DNA of 64,000 nt from Octopus bimaculoides (GCF_001194135.2 NC_068997.1:54888099-54952098), one strand, 5' to 3'; shown: positions 11,076 to 25,516, numbered from the stretch's first letter. Translations and numbers: made by a program. The notes: generated from the sequence alone by a model not told the origin.

Positions 11076-13708
11076 GTACAACAGAAACAGGAAGTAAGAG
11101 TGAGAGAAAGTTGTGGTGAAAGAGTACAGAGAGTGAGAGAAGATTGAGAAAGAGGGAAGCAAAGTTTCTAATAAAACCCAGGTCACTTGAAATGGGACAG
11201 GGATTTTGGGGAGAAAATTAAGATGAGGCTGAGAAGAGAGAGCAAAAATGGATGCAAACAAGTTGAAGGAGAAGGAAAAGGGACTGTGGAAGAAGGCTAT
11301 TGAGAACTGAGATGAGTCAAAAAATGGTTGATAATTGGAAGTGATCAGAAATATATAGTAAAGACGATTAATGTCCAGAGTGGGATTGAGCTGTCTGTGA
11401 CCGGAGGAAGAGAACAAGGTGGGAGTATGAGAGGAAGTGATAAATAGTCGAGCAATATTCTGTTTTAAAACTGAAATTTAAAATGATATTGATGTGTTGT
11501 GGAGGGGGCATGCATGTGTGTGTGTGTGTGNNNNNNNNNNGGGGTCTGGTGTTATTAATCTTTTCATTTATTTACCTATTTCCTTTTATAAATTGATTAG
11601 GAAAGTAGAACTTTTCTATAAATATTACTGTTAAATAACCAGATTAATTTTACTCTACAGGAATCACTATTTAGTTGGAAAGTAGATTTTGTTAGTGGCT
11701 GATCTGTTAAACAACTCTTGACTTCAAACTTTATGAAATATAACTGTAAAAGAGCTTAACATTGTTTAGATCTGGTAATTTAATTCAGAACTTAATCCTT
11801 GATTCTACAGAAAACAAAGTTAAGAATTTATAACAGAGATCCAGATTACGATAATTGAGAATCTTATATATATTGTTATAGTTAAACAAGTTTTTTTTTT
11901 CTTGTTGCCAATAAATCACATGCAAGTCTTTCTACCTAGGGTATATAAGCATGTAATATAAAACCCTTCAACAACTATTTTCCGTACACAGAGGATTTAC
12001 AACACATAGACACACACACACACACATGTACACATACACACACACCTTAAAGCAGCCGTATATATGTATGTATGTAAAGATAAGAAAGGTTTAAAGACAA
12101 TATTTTGTTGTTGCTTTCTTCAGCTGTACAATAGCAATTATTCCATTAACTTTAGAAACCTAGTTACTGCCAACTTCCTCTGCCACATCATTGTTTTTCC
12201 CTCTCATTATTAAATGTACAAACATGTAGTAAAATCAAGTTATAGATTACCTCAACAATGCTAAATTTATATGTAATTATAAAAGGAGAGTTATGCTTCC
12301 ATTTGTTACACACTTGAGTTTCTACAACAAACTGTGAACTTGAAAACAATATCAGTCATATTGTCAAAAGTAAAATTTTTGGTTCAAAATATATTGTGTT
12401 GTCTTTGAATTCTTGGCTTGTTCTAAAAAATTTTGTTGGCATTTTATTAAGGATCAAATTTTTACTGGTAATCTAGCGAGTGTGAATGAACTATGATTGT
12501 TTGACTTTTGCTAGTATGGAAGATTAGATGTACAATAATGTAAGAAAAAGAGCTGGGTATTTCAGTTTGTCTGATAACAAATATGCTAGGTTTAACAAGC
12601 TTTGTTTCCCCAATTTACATTCAGTTTCTTTGAAAGGATGGAATAGTTCTGTTGGAGTAATTACATTCGACAGGGAGCTGTCCCACTAGTTATTCAAACT
12701 TAATTTATGTGGTGCATATATATATATATATATTCTTTGTCTTGCAAGCTACTTTGCAACCTTCCTCAGGTTGGTGCCACGAACACATCAACCAGTACTC
12801 TCTGTAAAATGGTTCACATGAGGAAGGGCATCCGATTGTAGATATCACTTACTCCCAAGTACTATAACAATTTTGCCATCTCTAAACCATGATCAAAGTA
12901 TATAAGAAAAAAAAAAGAAAAACCAACTCAAATATGAAATAGTTGCCTGTGTAAATGTATTGTAGAATTAATATTCATATTATTTCTTGCAAACAGAAGT
13001 GAGTGCTGACTATAGGGTAAGTTGCCAAGTCAAAACATTCAGAACATAAAATATCTGTTGGATTATTCTTAATGATGGCAATGTAATAACGTTTTTACTT
13101 TTCATTGAAATATAAATTTATAAAAAAAAAAAAATTTGAATTTGAAACACAAAAGAAATACACTAAAGAATCATTCCTTTGTTTGCCATTCTACATAGAC
13201 ATTGACAGCACTGCTTTTAAACCCTTTCAGCTGCATGAAAATAATCCAAAGACAAAGCATTTCTGGCTACAGAAGGCCTTAAGGGTTCTTGTTGGTTAAT
13301 TGTTTATAAGGCTTCCTGATTTCTATCAAGCTGGTTCTAATTAACATGGCATCATAACCTCTCTTAGATTACATCAGATATGAATATAGAAAGAAAGGCC
13401 AACAGAAACTTGATTATTATATTGAACAACAACAAACACAACCCCCCCCCCAAAAAAAAAAGTATGTTTCATCAGAAACGGAAAAATGTTGAGCTCAGCC
13501 TCATTCAATTACTTTTATATATTTCAGTGTTCTTTAGAATAGGGCTTTTTTTATATTCTTCAGTTAATTATTTTTATTAATGAACTATATTAGCCTTGAG
13601 CTTATCACCCTGCATTCCATCTCTCTCTCTACTTCCCTCTCATATATGTTACAGTTAAAATATTGCTCCATTTATTACATATGTTTATGCATGTATGAAT
13701 ATATAAAT

Positions 13709-14050
13709 GAAGGTGCCTGGTTCAGTGGTTTGAGCATCAGGCTTACAATCAAAAGGTAGTGAGTTTGATTTCCTGACATATACTGCATATTGTGCTCTTG
13801 AGCAAGACACTTTATTTTCATGTTGCCCCAGTCCACTCAGCTGTAGAAATGAGTTGCAATGTCACTGGTGCCAAGCTGTATTGGCCCCTTTGCCTTTCCC
13901 TTGGATTGCATCAGTGGCATGGAGAGGTGAGGCTGGTATGCATGGGTAACAGTTGGTCTTCCATAAACAATCTTGCCCAGACTTGTGCTTTGGAGGGGAA
14001 TTTACTAGGTGCAATCCCATGGTCGTCCATGAATGAAGGGGGGGTCTTTT
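13709..14050 (+). mobile_element. tRNA-derived SINE, family B head with alternative tail
   Basis: gaaggtgcctggttcagtggtt (A-box-like), gagtttgattt (B-box-like), then attgtgctcttgagcaagacactttattttcatgttgccccagtccactcagc, which is shared with the 40360 copy. Confidence 0.8.
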
Positions 14051-14379
14051 CACCATATATATTGTGTGTTGGTTATATATACACATGTATTCATATTCTT
14101 GTACACACTCATGTACATACATGTGTGTGTCTGTGCGTGTGTGTGTGTGTATGTATATATATATATATATATATATCAGGGCCGTACACTCTCAGGCATG
14201 TAAGGTATGCGCTGCATTTCTGTCATTTTTTTAATCCATATCATCGGAAAATTAGATAAAATAGTTACTATTGTTTCAAAGAAACTTCGTCCAGGTGTTT
14301 GCAAAATATTCTGCCTCCCCTTCCTCCTCTCTCACTGACTGGTACTTAAGTTATCGACCCCGAAAGTATGAATAGGTGA

Positions 14380-14495
14380 GTGAACTGGAGTAACATGAAA
14401 TAAAATGCCTTGCTCAAGAACACAACACACAGCCTGGTCTTGGAATCGAACTCACAACCTTACGATTGTAAGCTGGACGTTCTAACCACTGAGTC
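14380..14495 (-). mobile_element. SINE family B head fragment
   Basis: Reverse complement of gccttgctcaagaacacaac...ggaatcgaactcac...ctaaccactgagtcat. Confidence 0.7.
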
Positions 14496-15239
14496 ATATA
14501 TATGATGTAATGGAATTAGCAAATGGTTTATCAATCTAGGATTGTATCTGGCATATGAAGTACTTTCAATAATATGGAAAGTATATATATGTATATATAA
14601 AACTCACCATCAAATGGTTATCAGTCTACTATCTAACATAAAAATTAGCTTCAATGATATGCAAAGTATACATATCGTTAAAGGCTTTAAACATTATTCA
14701 TCATCTTTAGATGTTCTATTTATGTGATGTTCATTAATATATTCTGTAGAACAATTATGTCATTTATTATTCAGTATTTATCCTATTCATCATTCTTGTG
14801 CATATTTCCTCTCTCACAGGCCTCATAATATTTCTCACTCTCTCTTTTTTTAACCAGTGTTAAGTATTGAAATTCATTTCTCTCTGATTTCTCTGAACTT
14901 TACTTTCCCTTTCTCTTCTTTTGTTCCTTCTTTCCATTTAACAGCATCTCACACCCATACCGTTGCACACAATTCTCATATAATCCACATTCCTCATGCT
15001 TTTCCTATTTGTCTCATACTTAAAACTTCCCACCTCCTTACTGCTATGCCTTCCTGACACACACATACCAACACATCATATCCCCATGCACCAATGCGAC
15101 TATATTTCTACACATACAACTGCCTCCACCTATATATGCCTGTCTCTACACTGTTACACTTGCATATACTCACCCACCCTCTTCTTCCGATAGAACCACA
15201 TTCCCACATTCCCAACTTTTTTCTTTTTCACTCCCTCTA

Positions 15240-15325
15240 TGCTTTTGTCTTCCTTCAGATGAAGGATTAATGCCCAAACCATCAAGAAGTTTTCATTTCC
15301 TTTTAAGCAATAAACTAATACAGTA
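15240..15325 (+). mobile_element. Penelope-like element terminal fragment with decayed hammerhead-like core
   Basis: cagatgaaggattaatgcccaaacc resembles the CTGATGAAGG...CCGAAAC minimal hammerhead found in Penelope-like repeats, and follows a long pyrimidine-rich tract (about 14800-15250). Confidence 0.4.
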
Positions 15326-15345
15326 TTTTACAATTATTGTTTCTG

Positions 15346-15573
15346 TCATCATCATCATCATCATCATCGTTTAACGTCCGCTTTCCATGCTAGCATGGGT
15401 TGGACGATTTGACTGAGGACTGGTGAAACCGGATGGCAACACCAGGCTCCAGTCTGATTTGGCAGAGTTTCTACAGCTGGATGCCCTTCCTAACGCCAAC
15501 CACTCAGAGAGTGTAGTGGGTGCTTTTACGTGTCACCCGCACGAAAACGGCCACGCTCGAAATGGTGTCTTTT
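15346..15573 (-). mobile_element. RTE LINE 3' UTR fragment with (GAT)n tail
   Basis: Reverse complement of the 3' ends at 32029-32370, 46294-46648 and 51790-51960. Confidence 0.9.
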
Positions 15574-15739
15574 ATATATACATATATATATATACATATA
15601 TATATATAAACATATATATATGATTGAATTAACTCAGTAGCTTTGAACTTTCGGAGTATGTCAGTTTCATCAGACAGCCTTGATATCCTTTATCAAAGAA
15701 AAAAAGAAGAAAAAAAACAGATCATCCACTAGGTTAGAT

Positions 15740-15943
15740 CAGAGATCCTCAAACTGTCAAATACCAATCTTTCTCACACCTTTTACTTATGAATGAGAGC
15801 AAAATAGAATTTCCTTCAATATAATTCTTTGTTCTTGATGTTGGGTAAAGTTTAAAAACTTAAAAATCATGTGAGGCAATATGCTTACCCTATTCCTTCT
15901 AATGGCCTAAGCACAGTTCCACCTGCTTCCCTGAGAAACACTG
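15740..15943. mobile_element. hAT (Charlie-like) MITE with 8-bp target-site duplication
   Basis: GGTTAGAT occurs at 15732-15739 and again at 15944-15951, flanking imperfect TIRs CAGAGATCCTCA / TGAGAAACACTG. An 8-bp TSD with a central TAGA and CAG termini are hAT-Charlie hallmarks. Confidence 0.8.
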
Positions 15944-18900
15944 GGTTAGATGACTCAAGGCAAAGACTTCTCAAGTAAAATGAAGAAATTAACCTTTTTA
16001 TGACACCTGTAGACATCTTAGCACTATTTCACTGATCAAGAGGGATGAGGTTTGAGAAAGAATTTTCTTCTCCACTGTTGGATTGATAATTCCTTCCAGT
16101 AAATAGTGCCAATCAATTGATTTCAACACTCAAAGAGTTTGAAGCTTTCTGCTGTCACCTGCTAAAATAGGAGGGGAACCATGTTTGATAGTTGGACATT
16201 TGAGGAGAGAAGCCAGAAGATATTGTCAATCAACATGGAACAGGTGAGAACAAGGAACAGCAGTTGCTCAAGGCATGAGCTTACTGACAGAAATGAGGGA
16301 TAGGATGTTTTAACTGAATGGCAACATATTGCCAAACTCTCTATTTGGCAGAATTTCATATTCTTGTTTTTCCTTCGGAGATATTTGATGTTTAAAAATG
16401 TTGGCATATTCAACTGATAAGCATAACATTCATTTTTTCGCCCGAGTTTAAATCATCTTCTAGCCACCTGAAATGAGTTTTCCATCTACCGTAAGGAAGA
16501 ATTTAAGAAGTTTGCTTCTAACCACTCAGTTTCTGGTTTGTGCATGCATGGATCATTCCAAGTATCATACATACCACAATGTTCCAGCCATAAAAATCAA
16601 TAGTTTACAAAAAAAAAAAAAAAAAAAAAAAGAAAATCTGAAAAATTAATGGTCACCATTAGCTATGTTGAACATATGGCAGAAAAACCAACCATACACA
16701 CCAAAGATTAAAAACTTAAACGAATTCTATATAATCTGTTTCGATTCAAGTATCTTGTGATGTATAAAATTCAAACCAGAAAATGTGGAAGGTAATTGTC
16801 CCTTTGCAATAACATCTTATGGAGGTGAGATGGACCTAATGGCACCTAAAATCATTTCCTGTTCATAAAATTAATGGAACAAATTTTATGTATTTGTGTG
16901 TGTGTGTTGAATTACAATTAAATCTTAAGTTATTTGTTAAATTAAAGAATAGTCTAGAAGTTGTTACTAGGCTATGGTGACATTTCAAGTCATTTTTTTT
17001 TTACTTTTTGTTCACTGTCAGCAGCTATTTGCCTTTATCAAGATTTTACAGTTTAACATTTCTAAGAGTAAAAAAAATTCCAAAATGCACAAAGAATCCG
17101 AGACTGTTATTGAGTAACTGAAGTAGTTTGAAAATATTATAATGACAAAATCCTCTTATGAGATGCAATGAGAGAGAGAAAAGAGACAAAAAAGAAGTGA
17201 AAGATAATGAAGATAGGAAAAACAAATTAGAGCAATGATAGATATTGGCTAACCTTGCTTATCTCTTAGTAATGTTATCAGTTGATGGGCAATGCGTTAT
17301 AGAATTATTCATAAAGTTAAAATTACAGAATGTGTAAATTGTAAAATAATCAGTAATTGCTTGTTTTGTCGTTGTTTTTAAAGTCCATCAAGGAATTGTT
17401 GATATAATACTTAAATTAGTCAGAGAAATACTGTGACAAAAACAAACATAAAGGAACTTTTCTCAAAGCAGTTGAATCATTGCTGATTACATTGAAATAA
17501 ATTTCAAATGACTGTTGAGTTTACGTACAAAACTGATTTTATATACAACAAATTCCTGATCTCAGTGAATGAATATATATTTAGAGGATCAAATTTAGGG
17601 AAAAGAATCAAAATTAACCAAACATTGAATATTGGAATAGCTGCTGCTGAATTATTGCACTTAGTCTGTGGGAGTAATATTTTGGTTGGAATCGTGGATG
17701 AAGTATAAAAGTTGCAAAAGGATGTATCAATTCAAAACATGTCCTTTCAATAAAAATAATTCTTTCTAATTTTGGTACAAGGCCAGCAGTTTTGCAGGGT
17801 GGCAGAAGTTGATATGACAGTGTCCCTAGTGTTTAAATGGTACCTAAGGAAAAACATCACTATTAAAAGGGAGTGTCATCTACTCAACATCATGTAAAAG
17901 ACAACATTCCAAACCCAATAAGTCCTAAACATAATGGAGTTGGTCAAAGTACCAGAAGGAAAAAAAATTTTCAAAATGTTTTTTAAATATAGATTCAGAT
18001 TAATGAGTTGACATCAATCATTGAGAGCAATCATCTGTCATCATTGTTGTATTATGGTAATGGATGAAACAGAATGCTATATAACTTCTAACTATTCATG
18101 TAACAACATACATTAGAAATGGGAAATGAAAATTGGGATGTGTGTGCATAATAGACACAGACTAAATACTGAGGATTGCATAGAATGAGTTTCATTTATT
18201 TTAATTATTGCATTCAAAAAAGAGATTCCTTCCAATTAACTGGAATATTGAAAGTAGATTTGATAATAATGTTTACAAGAACATTAATGAATTCTTAGCT
18301 GATGAGAATATAATTCAGTAAATGCTAAATGAAATGATGTAGAAAACCTTATAGACAAGTTCCATGGTAATACTAAATATAAACATGAAAATTTACTCTC
18401 AAACTGTAGCAAAGCATTCAGTCATATGCTTTAGACTCAGGTCCCAAGCAGCTCTTTCTGGGACCATTCCATTGTCATTTTTGTTTTACTGTTTATACAT
18501 GTTTACTGATAATAATTATAATGCATGTATATAATTTATACACATGCTGGTTTTTATTCTTTATCTTCCAAATATTTGTTTGTCTCATTTATTAAATATA
18601 CTTTTATTTATTGAATTCGTTAAAAATATCATTAAGTTTGATTTGTTACTTCGATACTCACAAATTCACCAAAATTTCACTATAAAATGTCTTTCACCTT
18701 CAGTATCTTAATATTTGGTGGGTAAATTTTCAGCAAACATTGAATTCAAAATTTAAAGTTTTGGGAAAGAACTTAAGCAAGATATATGCAATCATTTCCT
18801 CTACACTAGAGGTACAAATATCTTCTCTCTTCACTTCTAATGATGTTTTACAAGTGTTAGCAACCATGGATTTCCTTGTCAAAGTCTGACAACTAATGCT

Positions 18901-19359
18901 TTTGTGGGTAAGTTATGGTAGTATTTCCCTATTGCCTTCTGCCACTTCATTTATCATGTGATCAGCTTATATCCCGCTGTATTTTCGTTACCCAACAGGC
19001 AGGTGATTGGTTTATGTGAACTAGGGTATATCCACACACTTCTGAGTCTCTAAACTTGTTTAGGACCCATCTTGCCATCGTGTCCAGTGTGCCCTAGCCA
19101 CAAAATATACAAGCATACAGTTTTAATCATTCAATGTCTACAACATATCCTTTCTGATTCAAACAAATTGCTAAGCAGTGATTTCCAGCTGATGCCAAGA
19201 TTAGAGTTAAAAAAGAAATTCCTACAAATCTATAAATTGTGTTTCTTAATGTTGGTCTGTAAGGAGAGAAATTTATTAATCTAATGAATTTGCTACACAA
19301 AATTGCGATTCTGTGGTACTTAACTGATCTCTGTTCTTGATTAACAATTAATTCCATTA

Positions 19360-19424
19360 TATATATATATATATGTATGATATGTATATATGTGTGGCTA
19401 AGTATATATGTGTGTGTATGTAAG

Positions 19425-19471
<47 letters not shown>

Positions 19472-20425
19472 NNNNNNNNNNNNNNNNNNNNNNNNNNNNN
19501 NNNNNNNNNNNNNNNNNNNNNNNNNNNNNNNNNNNNNNNNNNNNNNNNNNNNNNNNNNNNNNNNNNNNNNNNNNNNNNNNNNNNNNNNNNNNNNNNNNNN
19601 NNNNNNNNNNNNNNNNNNNNNNNNNNNNNNNNNNNNNNNNNNNNNNNNNNNNNNNNNNNNNNNNNNNNNNNNNNNNNNNNNNNNNNNNNNNNNNNNNNNN
19701 NNNNNNNNNNNNNNNNNNNNNNNNNNNNNNNNNNNNNNNNNNNNNNNNNNNNNNNNNNNNNNNNNNNNNNNNNNNNNNNNNNNNNNNNNNNNNNNNNNNN
19801 NNNNNNNNNNNNNNNNNNNNNNNNNNNNNNNNNNNNNNNNNNNNNNNNNNNNNNNNNNNNNNNNNNNNNNNNNNNNNNNNNNNNNNNNNNNNNNNNNNNN
19901 NNNNNNNNNNNNNNNNNNNNNNNNNNNNNNNNNNNNNNNNNNNNNNNNNNNNNNNNNNNNNNNNNNNNNNNNNNNNNNNNNNNNNNNNNNNNNNNNNNNN
20001 NNNNNNNNNNNNNNNNNNNNNNNNNNNNNNNNNNNNNNNNNNNNNNNNNNNNNNNNNNNNNNNNNNNNNNNNNNNNNNNNNNNNNNNNNNNNNNNNNNNN
20101 NNNNNNNNNNNNNNNNNNNNNNNNNNNNNNNNNNNNNNNNNNNNNNNNNNNNNNNNNNNNNNNNNNNNNNNNNNNNNNNNNNNNNNNNNNNNNNNNNNNN
20201 NNNNNNNNNNNNNNNNNNNNNNNNNNNNNNNNNNNNNNNNNNNNNNNNNNNNNNNNNNNNNNNNNNNNNNNNNNNNNNNNNNNNNNNNNNNNNNNNNNNN
20301 NNNNNNNNNNNNNNNNNNNNNNNNNNNNNNNNNNNNNNNNNNNNNNNNNNNNNNNNNNNNNNNNNNNNNNNNNNNNNNNNNNNNNNNNNNNNNNNNNNNN
20401 NNNNNNNNNNNNNNNNNNNTATATG

Positions 20426-20479
<54 letters not shown>

Positions 20480-20497
20480 TGTATATGTGTATATATG

Positions 20498-20551
<54 letters not shown>

Positions 20552-20703
20552 TGTATATGTGTGTATTTGCATATATATATGTGTATTTGTATCTATATAT
20601 ATATATGTGTATTTGTATCTATATATATATATGTGTATTTGTATCTATATATATATGTGTATTTGTATCTATATATATATATATATGTGTGTATTTGTAT
20701 GTG

Positions 20704-20736
<33 letters not shown>

Positions 20737-20760
20737 TCAGAGAGAGAGAGAGAGAGCAAT
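19360..20760. repeat. Compound (TA)n/(TATG) microsatellite spanning an assembly gap (N 19472-20420), ending in (GA)n
   Basis: Seen directly. It explains the 436-481 aa IY/X-rich ORFs in the track. Confidence 0.95.
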
Positions 20761-21829
20761 GCTAGATTTCAAATTGGTCTTTCAGTTGAGAACAGTAATG
20801 ACGTGATTACATATGTAATGTTTCTAATAAAGCAGCTAAAGTAAAGGGCGTGTTATTTGTAATGGCATCATTGCTATGATGGCAATGGATACGGTAAAAC
20901 TAATGGCATGCTAATGATTTACAGTGTCTAGTCCACTATCTTACACTTGTGATTGATATAAACACCAGTGTAGACTTTATAGAAATTTAATTAAAAGATG
21001 TACTTAAGTTGGTATGGTTTATTCAATCTCTGCTTACCTAACTTCCTCAGTGATTCAAAGTTCTGAAATATTTTCTCACAATTCTCTTTCATTGAGTAAA
21101 AGAGTAACTGTTGATTCTGGTTGGGTTAACATTTATATGTTAAACTTATTCCAAGTATTCATCAAAAGATCATTTCATCACTGCTTAACTTTGTTGCTTC
21201 TTTCAAAAAATGTCACATAGAAAAGTATAACTGCATCAATAATAGTTGATCTTCAGTTAGTGATGTATGACTCTGTTTTTGTTCCAACATCAGAAGCCCA
21301 GTGAAATTATTACACAAAATCAATTATATTATCATTGGTTATCAACACACAGTATTTTTGTTGAGTAACATAAGAGACTTCTTCAGAATATGTAAAACTA
21401 TCTCTGGCTTTTATGGCTACACCTGAGGTCATATATTTTTTAATGAAAAGGATACAATCCATTGAGTCAGTTATACCACTGGTGCTGATCTTATGAAATA
21501 TAGAGGCAAGATGTGACCTTAAAATGTGAAGGGATGGAATGAAATTCTACAATATATTTTTTTTCTCTGGGACTACTGTTTCTGCAATTTTCCTGTTGTT
21601 TAAAATTTAGAGATAATATTGAAATATCAATAAAAGCTAACAAATTACTGTAAAACTTTTCTTTATTACATTTGGACAAAACCTTTTTGTTTTTGTTAGG
21701 GTGGGGCAGTTGATTGACAGTAACTTTATTTTGCTGACCCTGAAAAGTGGGGGACTTTGATGGGATTTGAACTTAGAATATGAAGAAATTGGAAGAAGAA
21801 TATAATGCAGGGCATTTTGTTCAACCCTA

Positions 21830-21865
21830 ATAAATGTGCCAACCCACATAAATGTGCCAACCCAC
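21830..21865. repeat. Perfect 18-bp tandem duplication (ATAAATGTGCCAACCCAC x2)
   Basis: Seen directly. The flank reads TA-CAGTGGG on the minus strand, so it may be a Tc1/pogo-type subterminal repeat. Confidence 0.85.
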
Positions 21866-24029
21866 TGTACTTGTGTCAGTTGCCTCTTAGTAAAGTTATA
21901 AAATGGCACGCACTAAGACATCCTGGTAATTCCGTGAGTCTTCTATTGAGAAAAATAATTCTTTGCATAAGAACATTTTAATTATGGTATAAATATCAAA
22001 ACTGCATTTAATATCTGAATAATTTAAGAAACGATGTATTGAATAATGCACGCAGGAAATTCTCAACTATCTGGAGTATGCCATTTAGTTGGAGAAAGAC
22101 AACAAAACCTTGTGGTAATCATTTGTGACTCTTAAAAGAAAAGGGGAGACACTCTGAAGAAATTGTGATTTAATTTCATAAAATTAATTTACATGTTTAA
22201 AGATGAAATCTTATTTCTTTGACAACAAGGAGGAGACAACTATTGATATGATTCAGTATATTAGACTGCTTCTACAGTCTACTGATGCCTGCTTTTAAAA
22301 ACTGACATTTTTTTGTTGATATGAAAAGAATTCAAAATATTTATGGCCAGTATAATTTGCATAATTTAAAAAATGGGATGAATTTAAAGGAACATGGTTA
22401 GTGAGGCTAAAAGAAATTAACAAGTAATGTACTAATGACATAGACAAAATCAATTAAGGGGCCATGAACTTAATGACAAAGGCAAAAAATTCTCAACTGA
22501 AATTTGCATGAAAATCATGTAAATGAATTTCATGAAACTGTTTCCCCTTGTCTTTGAGAGTCACAAGCAATTGCCATTAGGCTTTAGTATTCTCTTTGTA
22601 ACTAAGAATTTTGAAGGTACATCATTCAATAAATCACCTCTTAACTTATTTATCTAAATTCATGGCATTGTCCCCACTTGAGTTACCTTAACTCTATTTA
22701 TTTATCTTTAATTATCATCTGATGATGTGTAGCTTTATTAACATTCAATGTTTATGTTATAGTGTTTATTACTTAGCAACAAGCTAAGAGCTAATTAGTA
22801 TTATTTTCATTTCTGGTAGCAGTAGATAAGATAAACTTTGCACTAGAAAGACATCAGAAGGGTTAAAGTTTACACCAAGTTTTCCTGATAGCAACTATTC
22901 TGTTGATTAGTTTATCTTGAAAAGTGCGGTGGAAAAGATTAAAAGCAATCTTGTGTAGCTTCTAACTAAACTTTAACCTTTTCTCATCAATTGCTGGACA
23001 CTAAAACTGTTAATGACAGAGATTTCCAGATATACCCACACCTTGATGCCAAAGAAAACTCTTTTGAAGAAATATTCAGTATGTTATAGTCTAAGAAACT
23101 GAAAAAGTCTTCAAGAAGTTTACAAATTCTTTCATCTATTCTCTTGAAATATATCAAAACTTATTTCTTTTTGCATTGCTTGTGGCAGCTAATGATGATG
23201 CTTCTTTTCAACAAAATCACTTTAATATGACCAAACAAAAATCAATCTAGCACAATTCTTTGTTGCTTGTAATTAAAAGTTAGTCATAGCTTATTTACAA
23301 GAACAAATATCTAAACTTTTCCTTTAAAATATTTTACATATAAACTTGTCTATATTCAGTCTTATACAATAGACATTATTAGAGATATTTGGCAGCATTT
23401 TCAGAACAGACGAAGTCCTTATTAACAGCTGGCTGGCAGTGAAATCAGATTCTGTAGAATTATTTCAAAGTATGAATTCTTCAAATTTTGAAACATGGAT
23501 ATTTCAAAATTTCTTTTCTAATTCATTTTCTTCGGTGTCTTATGATAAATTGAAACCTTTCCAGTTTTTTGTAAACTTTTATATTGCTTTTAGGTGTAAA
23601 TACTATTAATGAACATGAATATAAACAATAAAGTTGTTTCACAGAGAATTTAGTTCCAGAAAGAAATATTGAAATATTATCTATTGTAGTCTCTAAGACA
23701 AGTAAAAAATGTGGTGGGGAAATGTACAGAGGAGTAAAACGATGTAAGTTATGCTGGTGTTGAAAAACTAAAAAGAGCATATATCTCTACTGTACAAATG
23801 GAAGAGAGTGAGAGACAACCTCATTTACCTGTGCAAAAAATCAATTTTTTTTTGCTTTTTTAGTTAGGAGGGAAGGCCATACCTGTAATCCTTTACAGTG
23901 TTTCTGAGGTACGTGAGAACGAAGGAGAGGGGGGAGGAGTCTTCAAGCTGGAAATCTGGCCTTAATATTTGCTCCCCACAGCAAGAACAAGGTGATAGTG
24001 TTAAGCTGGTTAATAGATTAGTTCTTCCA

Positions 24030-24250
24030 CCATGTAGGTCATGGCAGGATTTGAACTCAGAATGCAAAGAGCTGGAACAAATACCACTGGGAGTCCAATG
24101 TGACTTTCTTAAAGTTCTGTCAGCCCCTTACTTCAAATTGGTACCTTCAGTTATCCTTAAAGGGTGAAAGGCAAAGTGAAACTGAGCTGGATTTGAACTC
24201 GGTGCATAGACAGTCAGAATAAATACCAAAAGGCATTCTGTCTGCCGCTC
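24030..24250 (-). mobile_element. Two adjacent decayed SINE family C fragments
   Basis: ggatttgaactcag...aaatacca occurs twice, along with gaaaggcaaagt. Confidence 0.55.
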
Positions 24251-25099
24251 TAATGACTACCTTTTTCCTGCCTGATGGCGAGATTAGTCAGCTAAAGGCT
24301 TTCAGTTCTATTTTCATTTTGTCTTTAGTGTTATGCAGTCACCATTTGAACTGAATGGGAAAAGTTGAAGTTTGCTCTCAAATAAATGGCCTCCAATTGT
24401 TTTGATGCAAATGTATTATGTATATTGGAGGCTGTAAGCTGAGAGAAAAGGTCACTATGCTTAGGTATTAAGATATGGTAATATGCTTCTCCCTTTAATA
24501 TCATCATGTTGATAAAGATCCGTTTCAGCTAAGAAATGAGCTGCTTTTAATAGTGAATTTGTAGGTTAATTTAATATGGTTAATGGGAATTGATAATGCT
24601 TGTACATGTTAGAAGAAGAATGCACAGCTACTTTTCCCGTTGACATGAATTTCAAGGGCCAACAGGGCAACATATCTCAAAATGAAATTGACAGAGTTGT
24701 CTCTTGCAGGTATTTCCAACACTTTAGATAGGTTTCAGGTGATGGAAATTGGTTGATAGCTAAATGGATTTTCGTTCTTTGGCAAAGGGTCACATAATTA
24801 CAAGAGAAGTGGGGAGAAAAGAATTGAGCCATTTTGACTCCAGATAGTTTGTGGATCCCCAAAATTGATGGACACAAGCTTAGAAAGAAGATTATCATTC
24901 TCATTACTATGTCATATCTTTCAGAATGTTGGAGATTTTATTGTTCGGAGGGAACGAGAGTAAACATGTGCGAATAAGATTAGAAGAGATAGCATTTAGA
25001 TACCAAGAAAAATATGCCACACAGCAATTTGAAGTATTTTTCAATTTCCTAATGGCCGGATTGAAAATAAAGGAACTGAATTATTGGAAATATTTTTAA

Positions 25100-25285
25100 C
25101 ACTTCAGCGTTCAGATTATTCTCTTCGCCATGCATTATCTCACAGTTTCAAGATTTCAAACATGTGATCGTTTTATTCTTAGACTGACATAGCAGGGTAG
25201 GTGTGAGAGGCCAGAACTAGCCAGTTTCAACATGAAACACGTACAATATTTTGGTCTGATATGGCCAAGTTTAAATGCTGATGGG
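25100..25285. mobile_element. piggyBac-like MITE with TTAA TSD
   Basis: TTAA(25096-99)-CACTTCAGCGTT ... AATGCTGATGGG-TTAA(25286-89): imperfect 12-bp TIRs between TTAA sites. Confidence 0.6.
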
Positions 25286-25454
25286 TTAAGCGTCAATACA
25301 TAGTGTAATTGAAAGGATGAGATATTTCACTTCTGCTTACAATTGAAATGTTCTACTAAATTAAATAAGAGAACAAAAATTCATAAATAATTAAACCAAA
25401 CTTGTGTTCAGACTAAAATATAAAAATGAGAAATAAAACACAGAGAGTAGCTGG

Positions 25455-25482
25455 CAAGTGTGGGTGTATATGTAATATATAC

Positions 25483-25516
<34 letters not shown>

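Noticed and set aside
15640-15680. Minus-strand CTGATGA...CCGAAA hammerhead-like spacing
   Set aside because: Stems I and II do not base-pair when checked by hand.
19127-20806. 436-481 aa ORFs in the track (also 25391-26095, 34015-34484, 45630-46574, 58421-58878)
   Set aside because: They are translations of (TA)n, (TC)n and N gaps, which lack stop codons; not proteins.
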